64,000 bases of DNA from an uncultured cyanobacterium (GCA_963793425.1 CAWCAG010000009.1:608001-672000), one strand, 5' to 3'. Numbered from the stretch's first letter, positions 41,543-53,800 are shown. Notes: generated from the sequence alone by a model not told the origin. A program made the numbers and translations.

Positions 41543-42631
41543 TCAAACATCAACGGGTATCTCCACAGGTTGATAGGGCATTCTGAAAAATCCTCTTACT
41601 GCTTTTTCTCTTTGGCTTGAAGTACGCTTTTGCTTGCAGCGTAAACCCATAACTGTCTTTAATCTTGGGGAATCTCCGGGAACTCTGGTTTTACCCACCG
41701 GAACTCTTTGGGCAGCGATAAAAACATCATCTTGATTAGGATGGTTGGGGTCATAAATATAGAGTTTAAGGTCATTACCAGATTCTTCATAACTGTAAGC
41801 AAGAACTTGGTGATTTTCCCAAATTTGGACACTACTTCCCCCCACATAAACTAAACCGATAACAACTAAATTACCGTCATCTAAATCAGCACTAATCTCT
41901 TCAAACTGGTCGTATGTACGTTTTTGTGTACCGAAAACTGTATCTTCCGGTAGTATCATCCACTGGGCAAACTTGGCAATATAGGTTCCGAATGCACCGA
42001 AAGAATCTGTTTGTCTGCGATAAAGATATTTATAGAAAGGAGTTCCCTTCGCCGGAGGTTCTTTTAATTCCGGTATCGGTTTTTGTGCCAAGAAAAAGTC
42101 ACAAGTTGCCGCAGACATTCCCCCGCATAAACCATAGGTGGATTCAATCTCTGTTAAGTTGGGCAGTTTGGGGACAGAAAAAGGCAAAGGATAGCCGGGG
42201 AAGCGATTGAGAAAGTTAAACCCATGTTGGGAAGGAGTAAAGGTGACATCAGGAGTGAAAATTTCTGGTAAACGGAATTCCCGAACAAAGGGAATCATCG
42301 CTGCGGTCTGGCGTTTGCTTCTCCCTTTGTAGCTATAGCGAAATTCTAAGTAAGGTAGATAAATATCCTTGAGATCCGGGAGGCGATGGCTACGACTAAC
42401 CCGATTCCAGTTTAATAGGCTTTGGGGCAACTTTGTGGTGATGGTTTTATAGTCGAGGTAGCGGGAAGATTCGTAGGTTAAAGTGAATTTACCTCTTGAA
42501 TCTGATAAACCAGCTTTGACGGTAAGATTGTCATCTTTGTCCCCTTCATCTTTATCAAAGATGCGAACCTGCACGTTTTCTGCGGCTACGCCATTTGTAA
42601 AGAAGATTTTGCCAGAGAATGTTTCTATCAT
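41543..42631 (-). CDS. Hypothetical protein with putative Cys-His-Asp (papain-like) C-terminal domain
   Basis: GLCGGM, NHQVLAY, IYDPN; N-terminal transthyretin-like beta domain (VRIFDKD...SDSRGKF). Confidence 0.55.
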   Translation of the reverse strand: MIETFSGKIFFTNGVAAENVQVRIFDKDEGDKDDNLTVKAGLSDSRGKFTLTYESSRYLDYKTITTKLPQSLLNWNRVSRSHRLPDLKDIYLPYLEFRYSYKGRSKRQTAAMIPFVREFRLPEIFTPDVTFTPSQHGFNFLNRFPGYPLPFSVPKLPNLTEIESTYGLCGGMSAATCDFFLAQKPIPELKEPPAKGTPFYKYLYRRQTDSFGAFGTYIAKFAQWMILPEDTVFGTQKRTYDQFEEISADLDDGNLVVIGLVYVGGSSVQIWENHQVLAYSYEESGNDLKLYIYDPNHPNQDDVFIAAQRVPVGKTRVPGDSPRLKTVMGLRCKQKRTSSQREKAVRGFFRMPYQPVEIPVDV

Positions 42632-43000
42632 GGGGAAACGGGGAGATGGTTTATAAAAATAGTATTTTGTCAATAGGCGATTTTGTTACAGCTAAAAAAG
42701 AAGTTTTTGTATTATGGTCGTAGCGTCATATTTTTTTTCTTCCTAAGCTATTCAAATTAGGGGAAAGCTCGATATATAGCTATTTTGCTTAATTGGAGTA
42801 TTTTTAAGCACATAAATACCCAAGTTACCATTTTTAGTTATTTTTCAAAATTCTATTACAAAAAGAACCCCTCTCAATGCCTTATGAAACCGTTCTTGAT
42901 ATAACTTTACAAATACACTGGGAATTTGCTTGAGTTTAAATGATTAAAAGCTTAATTAGGAGAAAGACAAGTTTTACTTATTAATTATTCAAACCGTGCA

Positions 43001-43393
43001 TTAAAGTTGCTCAATTAACTTAGCAACTCGCTCTTTAATTTCATCCCTGACACGGTGAAACGTTGCAACGGGTTGTCCGTCAGGATCATCTAGTTCCCAA
43101 TCTGCAAACACCTCTTGCCCTGCCCATTCAGGGGGTAAACTCGTTCCGCAACCACACATAGAAATGACCGCATCGTAATCTTGGGCATGAAAATTACTCA
43201 AAGGGTCAGAGGTTTGCTGACTAATATCAATACCAATTTCTGACATCACTTCAATGGCTGTAGGATGTACCCGACTAGCTTCTAAGCCAGAAGAAGTAAC
43301 CTCAATCTTACCTTCTCCTAATGTTTTGGCAAAACCTTCTGCCATTTGGGAACGGCAGGAGTTTCTTTTGCAAACAAACATAACTTTTTTCAT
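43001..43393 (-). CDS. arsC: Arsenate reductase (LMW-PTP fold)
   Basis: FVCKRNSCRSQMAEG, CGC, DDP. Confidence 0.93.
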   Translation of the reverse strand: MKKVMFVCKRNSCRSQMAEGFAKTLGEGKIEVTSSGLEASRVHPTAIEVMSEIGIDISQQTSDPLSNFHAQDYDAVISMCGCGTSLPPEWAGQEVFADWELDDPDGQPVATFHRVRDEIKERVAKLIEQL

Positions 43394-43405
43394 TTAACTA
43401 TTACT

Positions 43406-44575
43406 CTATTGGGCTTTTTGTTCACTATAAGGACTAGCACAACGAGGATCAAGCAAGGTTGCTTTTTCGGGATGTCTAGGAAACCAATTGGCAGTATGTT
43501 TACAAAATTCCACCAACATCAACATTGCTGGTACTTCAATCAACACCCCTACTACTGTTGCTAAAGCTGCACCTGAATTTAGTCCGAATAGAATGACTGC
43601 GGTGGCGATCGCAACTTCAAAATGGTTACTCGCACCAATTAAGGCGGCGGGGGCTGCATCTTCATAGTCTAAACCCAGCTTCAGGGCTGCGACATAGGTG
43701 ATGAAGAAGATGAAGTTGGTTTGTAAAAATAAGGGAACAGCAATTAATAAGATGTGTAGGGGGTTACTGACTATTAATTCTCCTTTGAAGGCAAACAGCA
43801 GCACTAAGGTAAAAAGTAAAGCTGCGATCGCAACAGGGGAAAGATAGTGGAGAAACTTTGCTTCAAACCATTGTCTCCCTTTGTATCTAAAAATCCAGTA
43901 ACGACTAAAAACCCCGGCTATTAAAGGCAAACCGACATAAATTAACACTGAAAGGGCAATGGTTTCCCAAGGTACGGTAAGGTTATTGACTGATAGTAAC
44001 CATTTTCCTAACGGTGCATAAAGAAATAACATCGCCAAGGAATTAACCGCTACCATCACCAAAGTATGTCCTTGGTTACTGTAGGATAAGTAGCCCCACA
44101 TCAATACCATAGCCGTACAAGGAGCAATCCCCAGTAAAATTGCCCCAGCAATATAAGAATTAGCTAAACTGACTTCAACACCCCGCACCATCTCTGTTGC
44201 TGATAACCAAGACTTAAACAGTCCACCAAGGAAAAACTGGGCAAACACCACCATGGTAAAAGGTTTAACCAGCCAGTTTATGACTAGAGTTAATAATACT
44301 GGTTTGGGGGTTCGTGCTGCTTTGGCTGCCTGAGAAAAGTCAATTTTAACCATGATGGGGTACATCATGAAAAACAGACAAATAGCAATAGGAATCGAAA
44401 CGTTGTAAATGCTCAGCGAATCAAGGGATTGAGCCACCCCAGGAAAGATTTTTCCCAGGGCTATACCAGCAACAATGCAGAGAGCAACCCACAGAGTCAG
44501 GTATTTTTCAAAAAAGCTCAGTTGGCTGCCAGCTTTGATGGCTTGGGCATTAATTTGGGAACTTTTTGAGTTCAT
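43406..44575 (-). CDS. acr3: ACR3 family arsenite efflux transporter
   Basis: [37 protein letters not shown]. Confidence 0.95.
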   Translation of the reverse strand: MNSKSSQINAQAIKAGSQLSFFEKYLTLWVALCIVAGIALGKIFPGVAQSLDSLSIYNVSIPIAICLFFMMYPIMVKIDFSQAAKAARTPKPVLLTLVINWLVKPFTMVVFAQFFLGGLFKSWLSATEMVRGVEVSLANSYIAGAILLGIAPCTAMVLMWGYLSYSNQGHTLVMVAVNSLAMLFLYAPLGKWLLSVNNLTVPWETIALSVLIYVGLPLIAGVFSRYWIFRYKGRQWFEAKFLHYLSPVAIAALLFTLVLLFAFKGELIVSNPLHILLIAVPLFLQTNFIFFITYVAALKLGLDYEDAAPAALIGASNHFEVAIATAVILFGLNSGAALATVVGVLIEVPAMLMLVEFCKHTANWFPRHPEKATLLDPRCASPYSEQKAQ

Positions 44576-44609
44576 CTTTCCGCTCAAGTTTGTGGGAGTG
44601 GTTTAATCT

Positions 44610-44646
44610 TATATCAAATAAACTTGATATATCAAGTTCGCTTAAA
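44610..44646. promoter_or_regulatory. ArsR-type operator
   Basis: TATATCAA-ATAAAC-TTGATATA (ATCAA-N6-TTGAT) plus an adjacent degenerate ATCAA-GTTCGC-TTAAA directly upstream of acr3. Confidence 0.75.
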
Positions 44647-44760
44647 ATTACCTCAATCTGAGTGTTAGAGCTATCAAGCTTAAGATATTAGGATTAAGGT
44701 GCAGTTAAAATCTTGATTCGGTCGGTTTTATCAAGGCACTTTAGGAAGCCGATTGTAGGA

Positions 44761-45240
44761 TTAAATAGCTAAACCCAACTTCAAACCCAACAAAGCATGA
44801 ACAAAAAGTAAACCAAGGGCGACAGTTCCTATATAAGCATGAACTGTACGTAAGCCAGGTTTGTTGCCACCAAATTTAGTTGCTGAAAGTACTCCGTTAA
44901 CAGTAAGTAAGCCAATTACCACTGAACCTGTCCAAAAATGAGGACTTTCTAAGATGGGTTGCTTTTGCATCACTAAAGATAACACTCCTCCGGTGTAACC
45001 AGAAGCGAGGAATAAAAACAACCAGGGGGCAAGTTTGCGATGATCTTGCTTACTTTTAATAGCAACTTCACCCTCTTCAGCAGTACGTCCCCGCCATCCT
45101 GCTAAACCCACGAAAGTTCCCATGACAAAGACGACAATTCCCATCATTAAAGGATGTCCCCAATGAACAATGGGTTCCGGTATACCTAAACTACGAAACC
45201 AAGCAGCAACAGGTTCTAAAATATTACTCAAATTATTCAT
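44761..45240 (-). CDS. DUF4079 family membrane protein
   Basis: HWGHPLMM, DHRKL, SPHFWTG, HAYIG; conserved His residues in TM helices. Confidence 0.82.
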   Translation of the reverse strand: MNNLSNILEPVAAWFRSLGIPEPIVHWGHPLMMGIVVFVMGTFVGLAGWRGRTAEEGEVAIKSKQDHRKLAPWLFLFLASGYTGGVLSLVMQKQPILESPHFWTGSVVIGLLTVNGVLSATKFGGNKPGLRTVHAYIGTVALGLLFVHALLGLKLGLAI

Positions 45241-45276
45241 CTAGCTTTTATAGTAAACAAAAATGGTTTTGAACGA

Positions 45277-46155
45277 TTAACCATTAACCAGCAAAGGATA
45301 CCCCAAATCTTCCCTTTGTTGTAAATATAAATGAGCTACCTTGCGGGCTAAGTTACGAATCATACCGATATAACGGGTTCTTTCTGTCACGGCGATCGCA
45401 CCTCTAGCATCTAGTAAATTAAAGGTATGGGAACATTTTAAAACATAATCAAGGCTAGGCAAAACTAGACCTTTCTCAATTAATTGCTGGGCTTCTTGTT
45501 CATATAAACTAAAAAGTTTGAACAGTAAATCAGGGTCAGAAGCAGTAAAGTTGTAGGTACATTGTTCAATCTCCCCTTGTAAATGCACATCGCCATAGCT
45601 GAGGTGATTATTCCAGCTAATTTTCACCATGGCATCTACATCTTGAAGATACATAGCCAGCCTTTCTAAACCATAAGTGATCTCAATGGAAACAGGACGA
45701 CAATCAATACCGCCACATTGTTGAAAATAAGTAAATTGAGTGACTTCCATCCCATCTAACCAAACTTCCCAACCAACACCCCAAGCCCCCAAGGTGGGAG
45801 ACTCCCAATTATCTTCTACAAAGCGAATATCATGGTCTTCCGGCAGAATTCCCAAGGCTTTGAGAGAATCTAAATAAACCTCTTGAATCTGATCAGGAGA
45901 AGGTTTAATTAAGACTTGGTATTGATAATAATGCTGAAAACGATTAGGATTTTCTCCATAACGTCCATCCGTTGGTCTTCTGCAAGGTTCAACATAGGCA
46001 ACTGACCAAGGTTCAGGACCTATAGCCCGTAAAAAAGTGTGGTGGTTCATAGTTCCCGCACCCTTTTCTGTATCATAGGGTTGAGCGATGAGACAGCCGC
46101 GATCGCTCCAGAACTGATTTAATTTGGCAATAATACCTTGAAAACTGATGGACAC
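45277..46155 (-). CDS. glyQ: Glycine--tRNA ligase alpha subunit
   Basis: [38 protein letters not shown]. Confidence 0.98.
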   Translation of the reverse strand: MSISFQGIIAKLNQFWSDRGCLIAQPYDTEKGAGTMNHHTFLRAIGPEPWSVAYVEPCRRPTDGRYGENPNRFQHYYQYQVLIKPSPDQIQEVYLDSLKALGILPEDHDIRFVEDNWESPTLGAWGVGWEVWLDGMEVTQFTYFQQCGGIDCRPVSIEITYGLERLAMYLQDVDAMVKISWNNHLSYGDVHLQGEIEQCTYNFTASDPDLLFKLFSLYEQEAQQLIEKGLVLPSLDYVLKCSHTFNLLDARGAIAVTERTRYIGMIRNLARKVAHLYLQQREDLGYPLLVNG

Positions 46156-46297
46156 AGGTTTTGATCGTAAATATTCTTTCCTATTATCCCTGGAATGGTG
46201 ACTCTTGTACTCAATTAACGTAATCTTTTTAAGGAATTCTTGAAGCCAAGTTGAAGTAAGCTAGAGACTCAGCTTTCCCTGTTGTCATCCTCAAGCC

Positions 46298-47347
46298 ATG
46301 TCCCAAAAGAACGAAACCCTACCTCTAGTTTTGGCCCTCGTTGTAACTGCTGCTTTATTGGGTGGTGGTGGTTGGTGGCTGTTACGTCAGTTCGGTGACT
46401 CTTCAGCCAATGATTCTTCTGCTACTGATAGCAATAGCAATCGGGTTACTCAGTCTTCTCAAGTAGCCAACTTTGCCCAACTAGAAGGAGTTCCCAACGG
46501 TTTATTTAACTATGGTGGCAGTACAACTTGGGCCCCCATTCGCAAGGAAGTAGACTCCGCCATCCAAACTGTTTGGCCAGAATTTAACCTACGTTATACA
46601 GATCATCCCACCAAAGCACCGGGTTCTAGTACAGGAATTGAGATGTTATTAAAAGGGCAGTTAGCTTTCTCTCAATCCTCTCGTTCTCTTAAAGATGAAG
46701 AATATGAACAAGCAGCCCAAAGAGGATTTACCATTGAAGAAATTCCTGTAGCCATTGACGGTATTGCCATTGCCGCTAACCCTGATTTAGATGTTTCTGG
46801 TTTGAGCATCAAGCAAATTCGAGATATTTACACAGGCAAGATAACTAATTGGAACGAAATAGGTGGTCCTAATTTGCCCATTACTCCTTACAGTCGCCGT
46901 TTAGAGGATGGGGGAACTGTAGAATTTTTTGTAGATAATATTTTAGCAGAAGAAGAGTTTGGTGATAATGTCAAATTTATTCCTACCACCACTGAAGCAA
47001 TTAGGGCAGTAGCAGTAGAACCAGGGGGTCTTTACTATGCCTCTGCCCCAGAAATAGTTCCCCAATGTACCATCAAATCTTTACCTTTAGCTTCAAGTTC
47101 CTCACAAGAATTTGTTTCTCCTTATCAAGAACCCTTTGTTCCCCTCAGCCAATGTCCTAACCAACGTAATGAACTTAATAGCAAAGCTTTCCAAACAGGT
47201 ACTTATCCCATTACACGCCGCCTGTTTGTCATTGTGAAAAAAAATGGTCAAGATGATGAACAAGCAGGAGTAGCATACGCCAACCTTTTACTTAGCGATC
47301 AAGGACAAAAATTAGTTCGCGAAGCTGGTTTTGTAAATATCCGCTAA
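46298..47347 (+). CDS. PstS-family substrate-binding protein
   Basis: YGGST, GSSTG, SSR, VAIDG, IYTGKITNW, YPITRRL. Confidence 0.85.
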   Translation: MSQKNETLPLVLALVVTAALLGGGGWWLLRQFGDSSANDSSATDSNSNRVTQSSQVANFAQLEGVPNGLFNYGGSTTWAPIRKEVDSAIQTVWPEFNLRYTDHPTKAPGSSTGIEMLLKGQLAFSQSSRSLKDEEYEQAAQRGFTIEEIPVAIDGIAIAANPDLDVSGLSIKQIRDIYTGKITNWNEIGGPNLPITPYSRRLEDGGTVEFFVDNILAEEEFGDNVKFIPTTTEAIRAVAVEPGGLYYASAPEIVPQCTIKSLPLASSSSQEFVSPYQEPFVPLSQCPNQRNELNSKAFQTGTYPITRRLFVIVKKNGQDDEQAGVAYANLLLSDQGQKLVREAGFVNIR

Positions 47348-47394
47348 TTTCAGAATACTCTAAGTCCTTAAATTAATAATTTTTAGTTATTATT

Positions 47395-48309
47395 ATGTCT
47401 CAAAAAAACGAAACTTTAACTTTAGTTTTAGCTTTATTAGTCACTGCTGCTTTATTAGGTGGGGGCTGGTTTTTCTTCCGCAATAAGTTGGGTGGAGGAG
47501 AGGAGAATTATGCTAATCAAAGCCCTCAAGCTGGTAATACTGGTAACAATAATAGTAATAACAACTCCTTTTCTCCTCCTAGTAATGTCCCGGATGGCAC
47601 AACAGTAAGCATTGCTGGTTCTACCAGTATGGTACAAATTAATCAAGCCTTAAAAAATAGTTTCGAGCAGCAATTTCCTAATACTAGAGTTGAAACCCAA
47701 CCAGGAGGTACAGATAAAGGGATTGAATTGCTTGCGGGGGGCAACATCGATTTAGCCGCAGTTTCTCGCCCTTTAACCCAAGAAGAAACCAGTCAAGGTT
47801 TAGTACCAGTAGCTGTTGCCGCAGACGCGATCGCTGTGGTAGTTAGCAAAGAAAATGTTTTCTCTAAAAGTTTGACAGAGCAACAAGTTAGGGATATTTT
47901 CCAAGGTAAGATTAGTAACTGGTCGGAATTAGGAGGAGGACAGGGAAATATCAAAGCAATTAATCGTCCTCCCGTTAGTGGAACTCGCCAATTTTTCCAA
48001 GAAGTAGTTTTACAGGGAGGAGATTTTGGTAACGGCGCTAATTTTGAAATTATGCAAAGGGATGCAACAACTCCTATTTTGCAAAAGCTAGGTGGCAATG
48101 GCATTAGTTATGCAACCTATGCCCAGGTTGCTAATCAAGGAACTGTTCGGGTTTTGCAAATAAATGGTCTTAATCCTAATAGCGGTAATTACCCTTTTCA
48201 AAGGGAGTTATATTACGTTTATAAAGAACCTGCTAGTGAGGCAGTGAAAGCTTTTTTAGGTTATGTTGGTTCTCCTGAAGGGCAAAGTGCGATCGCCGGA
48301 GGAAGTTAA
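47395..48309 (+). CDS. PstS-family substrate-binding protein (paralog)
   Basis: IAGSTS, VSR, IFQGKISNW, SGTR, YPFQR. Confidence 0.85.
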   Translation: MSQKNETLTLVLALLVTAALLGGGWFFFRNKLGGGEENYANQSPQAGNTGNNNSNNNSFSPPSNVPDGTTVSIAGSTSMVQINQALKNSFEQQFPNTRVETQPGGTDKGIELLAGGNIDLAAVSRPLTQEETSQGLVPVAVAADAIAVVVSKENVFSKSLTEQQVRDIFQGKISNWSELGGGQGNIKAINRPPVSGTRQFFQEVVLQGGDFGNGANFEIMQRDATTPILQKLGGNGISYATYAQVANQGTVRVLQINGLNPNSGNYPFQRELYYVYKEPASEAVKAFLGYVGSPEGQSAIAGGS

Positions 48310-48312
48310 TGA

Positions 48313-49002
48313 TTAACTTTTGCGAGTCGCTTCGATCAGACGAGAATAATAGAAACTTGTACTAGTCATGCCATTACCGTTGGGGGTAAAACCAAGGTTA
48401 TGCAAGATTTCAATAATATCTGCTTCGCGATGTTGATAGGCACGGGTAGCTTTACTAGGGCCAGGAAAAAAATCTCCTACTTTTTTTAAAACCGTTAAAC
48501 CTAAAGTCTTTGGGGCAAAGCTGAGAATGAGGCGAGATGCAGCGAGGGAAGCAAGATGACTAATCATTTGTGCGGCTTTAGCTTGGGGATAGTGAATTAA
48601 GACATCTAAGCAGATAACTGTGTGGTATTTACCTGTTAATGCTTCTAAGTCTTTGACAGCAAAGGTCGGATTGTTTTTCTGCCCTAGAGTCGCTTCTGCC
48701 CGTTGCTGGGCTTCTCCAACCATTTTCTTAGAGATATCACTAGAAAAAACCTTAGCACCTGCTTGAGCAAGGGGAATACTAAGACTGCCCACACCACAAC
48801 CAGCATCGCAGATGGTTATTTGGTTTAAGTTATCATCTGCTTTCAACCAAGACAAAACGGTATCAACGGTTTGTTGATGTCCGGTGCGAATATCCTGCTG
48901 AACTTTATTAACTTCTCCATTGCCATATATTCTACGCCAACGGTCAAACCCAGTAGCATTAAAGTATTCTGTAACAATGGCTTTATCGTCAACTACATTC
49001 AT
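48313..49002 (-). CDS. chlM: Magnesium protoporphyrin IX methyltransferase
   Basis: YFNATGFDRW, DAGCGVG, CLDVLIHY, FPGPSKATRAY, FYYSRL. Confidence 0.97.
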   Translation of the reverse strand: MNVVDDKAIVTEYFNATGFDRWRRIYGNGEVNKVQQDIRTGHQQTVDTVLSWLKADDNLNQITICDAGCGVGSLSIPLAQAGAKVFSSDISKKMVGEAQQRAEATLGQKNNPTFAVKDLEALTGKYHTVICLDVLIHYPQAKAAQMISHLASLAASRLILSFAPKTLGLTVLKKVGDFFPGPSKATRAYQHREADIIEILHNLGFTPNGNGMTSTSFYYSRLIEATRKS

Positions 49003-49071
49003 AAAAATTAAATCTTAAAGTTTAGTTTGGCTCTAAGGTTAATACTTTATCAGCTATTGGCTCTAAAGCAA

Positions 49072-50814
49072 TTAATCAAAAGCTAAACTTTGCTCACTCA
49101 TGAGTAGTTCTTCAAATTCCCCGGCAGTGAGGGGATGACTAAATAAAAATCCTTGCATTTCATCACAGTTATTTTGGCGAAGGAAGTTAAGTTCGGCATT
49201 AGTTTCTACCCCTTCAGCAATAACTTTAAAACTTAAACTATGAGCCATTTGTAAAATAGCATTGGTGATGGCGGCATTTTTGGTATTGTGCTGAATATTG
49301 TGGATAAAACAGCGGTCTATTTTGAGAATATCAAAGGGGAATTGTTGCAAATAACTTAAAGAAGAATAGCCAGTTCCAAAGTCATCAATGGCGATTTTAA
49401 TACCTAACATCTTGAGAGCATTTAATTTGTTTCTGGCTAAAGTGACATTTTGTACTAGGATACTTTCAGTTAACTCTAGTTCTAAATATTGGGGATCTAG
49501 TCCTGTATCTACTAGTATTTTTACTAAACTTTGACGTAACTCTGGTTGAGAAAATTGACGACCTGATAAATTAACAGCAATTAATAAAGGTGCTGTTTTT
49601 CTCAAAGAATGCCAGATTTTACCTTGGCGACAAGCTGTACTTAACACCCATTCTCCAATGGGTATAATTAAGCCTGTTTCTTCTGCTAAAGGAATAAACT
49701 TATTAGGAGAAATTAGACCTTTGCCCGGACTATCCCACCTTACCAATGCCTCTACTCCCGTTATTTTACCAGTTCTCAAGCTGATGCGAGGTTGATAATA
49801 AAGCTGTAATTCCTCTTTTTCTAATGCTTGCCTTAAGCTAGTTTCTAAGGATAAAATATTTGCTTGAGAATCATTCAAATTTCCTTGGAAAAATTGATAT
49901 TGATTGCCTCCTTGCACAACAGCATAATCCATAGCTAGTTGTGAGTGTTGCAGCAAATCTTCTAAGCTAGTTTGGCAGCGAAAAGAAAAAGCAATACCAA
50001 TACTAGCAGTAACAAAAACTTCTTGACTATTAAGTATAAAAGATTGATTAATAATGGCTAAAACTTTCCTGGCTACTTCTGCAACAACTTCTTTTTCTGT
50101 TGTCGCCCCCAACATAATAATGAATCGATTAGGGTTTAGATAAGTGACAGCATCATCATCTCCTTTGAAGTGTAACTTCAAACGTTTAGCAATGGATTTA
50201 AGCAGTAAATCTCCATAATCATGACCTAAAGTTTCATTAATTCTATTAAGGCGATCTAGGCGCAAACAAATTACTGAAATAACTTGCTTATTTTCTTGGA
50301 CTGAAGCATTATTATGGGTCAGTGTAGTGAATCTTTCTCTCAGAGATAAACGGTTAGGTAATCCGGTCAGGCTATCATGATAAACTAAATAATCGAGCTT
50401 TTCTTCTATTTCTTTTAATTGAGAACCATAGCGTTCTTCAACTAAAGCTAATTTTTCCAGTTGGGTTTGAATTGCCCCTAATAACTCTGCTCTGGTAAAA
50501 GGTTTGGTTAGGTAATCGTAAGCCCCTAATTGCATTCCTTTACGGAAGTCTGCTTTGGTTGCTTTGGCACTGAGAAAAATAAAAGGTACTGTAGCTGTTT
50601 GTAAGTTTTTTCTTAATAAATGGAGAACTTGATAACCATCAAGTTGCGGCATCATCACATCACAAATGATTAAGTTCGGTAATTCTTTTTGAGCAAGTTC
50701 AATACCCTGACGACCATCAGCAGCACAAACAGTCTGGAAATCTTCTGCCTCTAATAGTTCCAGGATATTATCTCTAACTAACTTTTCGTCTTCAATTACA
50801 AGAATCTTGGTCAT
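49072..50814 (-). CDS. REC-GGDEF(degenerate)-EAL protein, probable c-di-GMP phosphodiesterase
   Basis: Receiver domain; GGDEF fold with active site replaced by LNPNRF; intact EAL, ELTE, DDFGTGYSS, KID, EGVE. Confidence 0.9.
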   Translation of the reverse strand: MTKILVIEDEKLVRDNILELLEAEDFQTVCAADGRQGIELAQKELPNLIICDVMMPQLDGYQVLHLLRKNLQTATVPFIFLSAKATKADFRKGMQLGAYDYLTKPFTRAELLGAIQTQLEKLALVEERYGSQLKEIEEKLDYLVYHDSLTGLPNRLSLRERFTTLTHNNASVQENKQVISVICLRLDRLNRINETLGHDYGDLLLKSIAKRLKLHFKGDDDAVTYLNPNRFIIMLGATTEKEVVAEVARKVLAIINQSFILNSQEVFVTASIGIAFSFRCQTSLEDLLQHSQLAMDYAVVQGGNQYQFFQGNLNDSQANILSLETSLRQALEKEELQLYYQPRISLRTGKITGVEALVRWDSPGKGLISPNKFIPLAEETGLIIPIGEWVLSTACRQGKIWHSLRKTAPLLIAVNLSGRQFSQPELRQSLVKILVDTGLDPQYLELELTESILVQNVTLARNKLNALKMLGIKIAIDDFGTGYSSLSYLQQFPFDILKIDRCFIHNIQHNTKNAAITNAILQMAHSLSFKVIAEGVETNAELNFLRQNNCDEMQGFLFSHPLTAGEFEELLMSEQSLAFD

Positions 50815-50838
50815 TAGCGATTCCAGCTCAATAAGTTG

Positions 50839-53800
50839 TTAATAATAACTCCGGGGTAAAAGTGTTGTGAAAGTTGTCCCCTTACCAACTTCGCTAACAA
50901 ATTTTATTTCGCCCCCGTAAGCTTCTACGCACCTTTTCACAATAGCTAATCCTAAACCTGTACCGGGAATATTGCCAACATTATTACCGCGATGGAAAGA
51001 TTCAAATAAATGTACTTGGTCTGCTGGAGGAATGCCAATACCAGCATCTTGAACTTGCAAAGCGATCAAGTCTCCTAAAGAAGCTAAAGAAAATTTGATG
51101 GTACTATATTCTGGAGAGTATTTAATGGCATTGGAAAGGAGATTAGTGAGAATATGTCGTAGTAGCTTTTTATCTAAATAAGGATGCTCTTCTGGCCATT
51201 GATTAGTAAAATCAATTTTGTACTTATGAAGATGATTAAGTTGAAGTTCTTCAACAATTTCTTGGCAAAAACCAACTAAATCAACAATTTCTGGGTTGAA
51301 ATCCAATTTCTCTGCTTCCGCTTTACCAATAATGAGAATATCATTTAATAATTCTGTGATCTGTTGTACAGAAGTTTGAATACGATAATAATGAGTAAGT
51401 TGTCTTTCTTGTGACCATTTATGGTGATAATGTTCTAATAATTCAGCAGAAGAAAGAATCGTACTTAAAGGGGTACGAAATTCATGGGAAGCCATGGAAA
51501 TGAAGCGTGATTTCAACTCTACTAATTCTCTTTCTTTTGCTAAAGCTTGATGCAATTCTCCTTCTGCCCTTTTCCGTTCAGTAATGTCACGATACATCCA
51601 AAGATGACCTTCATAATTGTCATCAATAAAAATTGGTACATAGTCTCTTTCTAAAGTTCTGCCATCTTTTAATGATAACTCTTCATTAGTTACTACTTGT
51701 TTGGTTTTGGTAATTTTCTGGTAGTTTTTTAAGAAGGTTTGAGGATTTTGAAATAAATGCTGATGCTCTTGAGAAAATCCGGCAAAGTCTTCTCCGGCTA
51801 GTAATTGAGGAGCATGGGAAATGTTAAATAATTGGCAAAAAAGCTGATTGGTTAAAATAACTTTGCCATCGCGGTCTTTAAATAAAACACCAAACTGTAA
51901 ATTGCTAATTAAAGCAGTCAATCGAGAAGTTGTTGCCCTTAGTTTCTCCTCTGCTTGTTTGCGTTTGGTGATATTTTCCACCATAGCTAAACCATAACGC
52001 CACTGATTGTTACTATCGCCAATATAACCGCAAGTTTGTTTAACCCAAATCGTTTCTCCACTTTTATTAATGTAGCGTTTTTCTAATTGATAGTTATTAA
52101 TTTCTCTGCTTTGAAATTTAGCTAAGTAAGGTGTCTCTTCAGCCACATCTTCAGGATGATTAATTATCAAAAAAGTAAATTGTTCCAATTCCTCTGGGGT
52201 ATAACCAACTAAACTACAAAAAGAAGGATTAACTTGGACAAATTTGCCCTCAAAATCATAAAGAGCCATACCAATAGGCGCATCTTGAAAAACCCGGCGA
52301 AACTTTTCTTCACTTTTCGCTAATTCTTTAGTCAAGGCTTGCTTCGCTTCTGTTTCTGCTTGAAGCTTTTCTAAAGATTGTCTTAAAGCTCTAGTTCTTT
52401 CTTCAACTCTTATTTCCAAAACCTCATAACTTTCCCGCAAGGCTTCTTCAGCTTTTTTACGCTGGGTAATATCAGTAGCAACACAAATCACTTGGTTAAC
52501 CTGACCATGAGGAGAAAATAAAGGTCTTTTGATAGTTTGCAAATAAACCTTTTCTCCTTGAGAATTTGTCACTATCTCTTCAGGAATAAATTTAGCTTTT
52601 AAACTAGAAATAACCTCTCGGTCAGCCGCAATAAAACCTGCAACTTCTTGAACATCGCTATTAAAATCGGCATCAGTTTTACCAACTAAATCATCTACTG
52701 TTGTACCATAAACTTCTGCTAAAGCTTGGTTCGCCAGCGTAAATCTCCCTTCCCAATCTTTGACAAAAATTAAGTTAGGATTAGTATTAACAATACTATG
52801 GAGAAACTCTTTTTGCCCCCGTAACTCAGCTTCTGCTTGCTTACGTTTAGTAATGTCAATACCGACAGATACCACAGCTCGGTTGTGATTATATTTTTGA
52901 GCAGCAATTACATAACTTCTCGTATCATCACCAACCTCTGCTTTAACAACTTCGCTAATAGTTTGCTCCTTAGTTTGGAGAAAATTGTGCATAAACTGCA
53001 CAAATTCTGGACTATTTCTTAAAAAACCTAATTCCTGCCCCACAAAGTCATCGGGATTTAAGTTTAAAGTTTGAGCAAGATGGCAATTAACCCCCAAATA
53101 ATGCCCTTGGGCATCCATCCAAGATACAAAACCTGGTACAGTATCAATAATAGCTCTGAGTCTATCTTTAGCTTCTTGGAGGTCATTGAGAGCTTGTTTG
53201 CGCTTAGTGATATCGTTGAAGCTGCTAATAAAACAAGTTTCCCCAGCAAATTCAATGGTTTCTACACAAAGGGATACTTCACGAATTTCTCCACTTTTGG
53301 TACGTAACTGAGTTTCTAAATTTTCAATAAAACCACAGGAGTGAAGCTGAGATTGCATATTTTGGTATTGCTTGTTATCAAACCAAATTCCTAATTCTTC
53401 TGCACTAAAACCAATAACTTCCTGTCTTTGATAACCTAGTAATTTGAGGAAACTAGCATTAACTTCCCCAAAAGAATCTTCCTGGCTAGAACTAATACTA
53501 ATAGCTACAGGAGCAGTTAAGAAAGCTTGGCGAAATCGGATTTCAGTTGGTATTAATTGAGAAATTTCTTCTAAGGTAACAATCCCTAGCAATTCACCTT
53601 GATTATCTTTCACAGGTAAGCAGTTGAGGCGATGCTGCTGTAGTAAAGACAGAGCAGAAAAGATATCTTCATGACCAAATAAAGACAAGGTAACAAATGC
53701 TGTATTCATAGCCTCAGCAACTAAAATCTCTTGGCAATTTTTACTAGCAGCTATCAGCGGTAAAAGTTCCCGCTCACTAAACAATCCTACTACTGTATTA

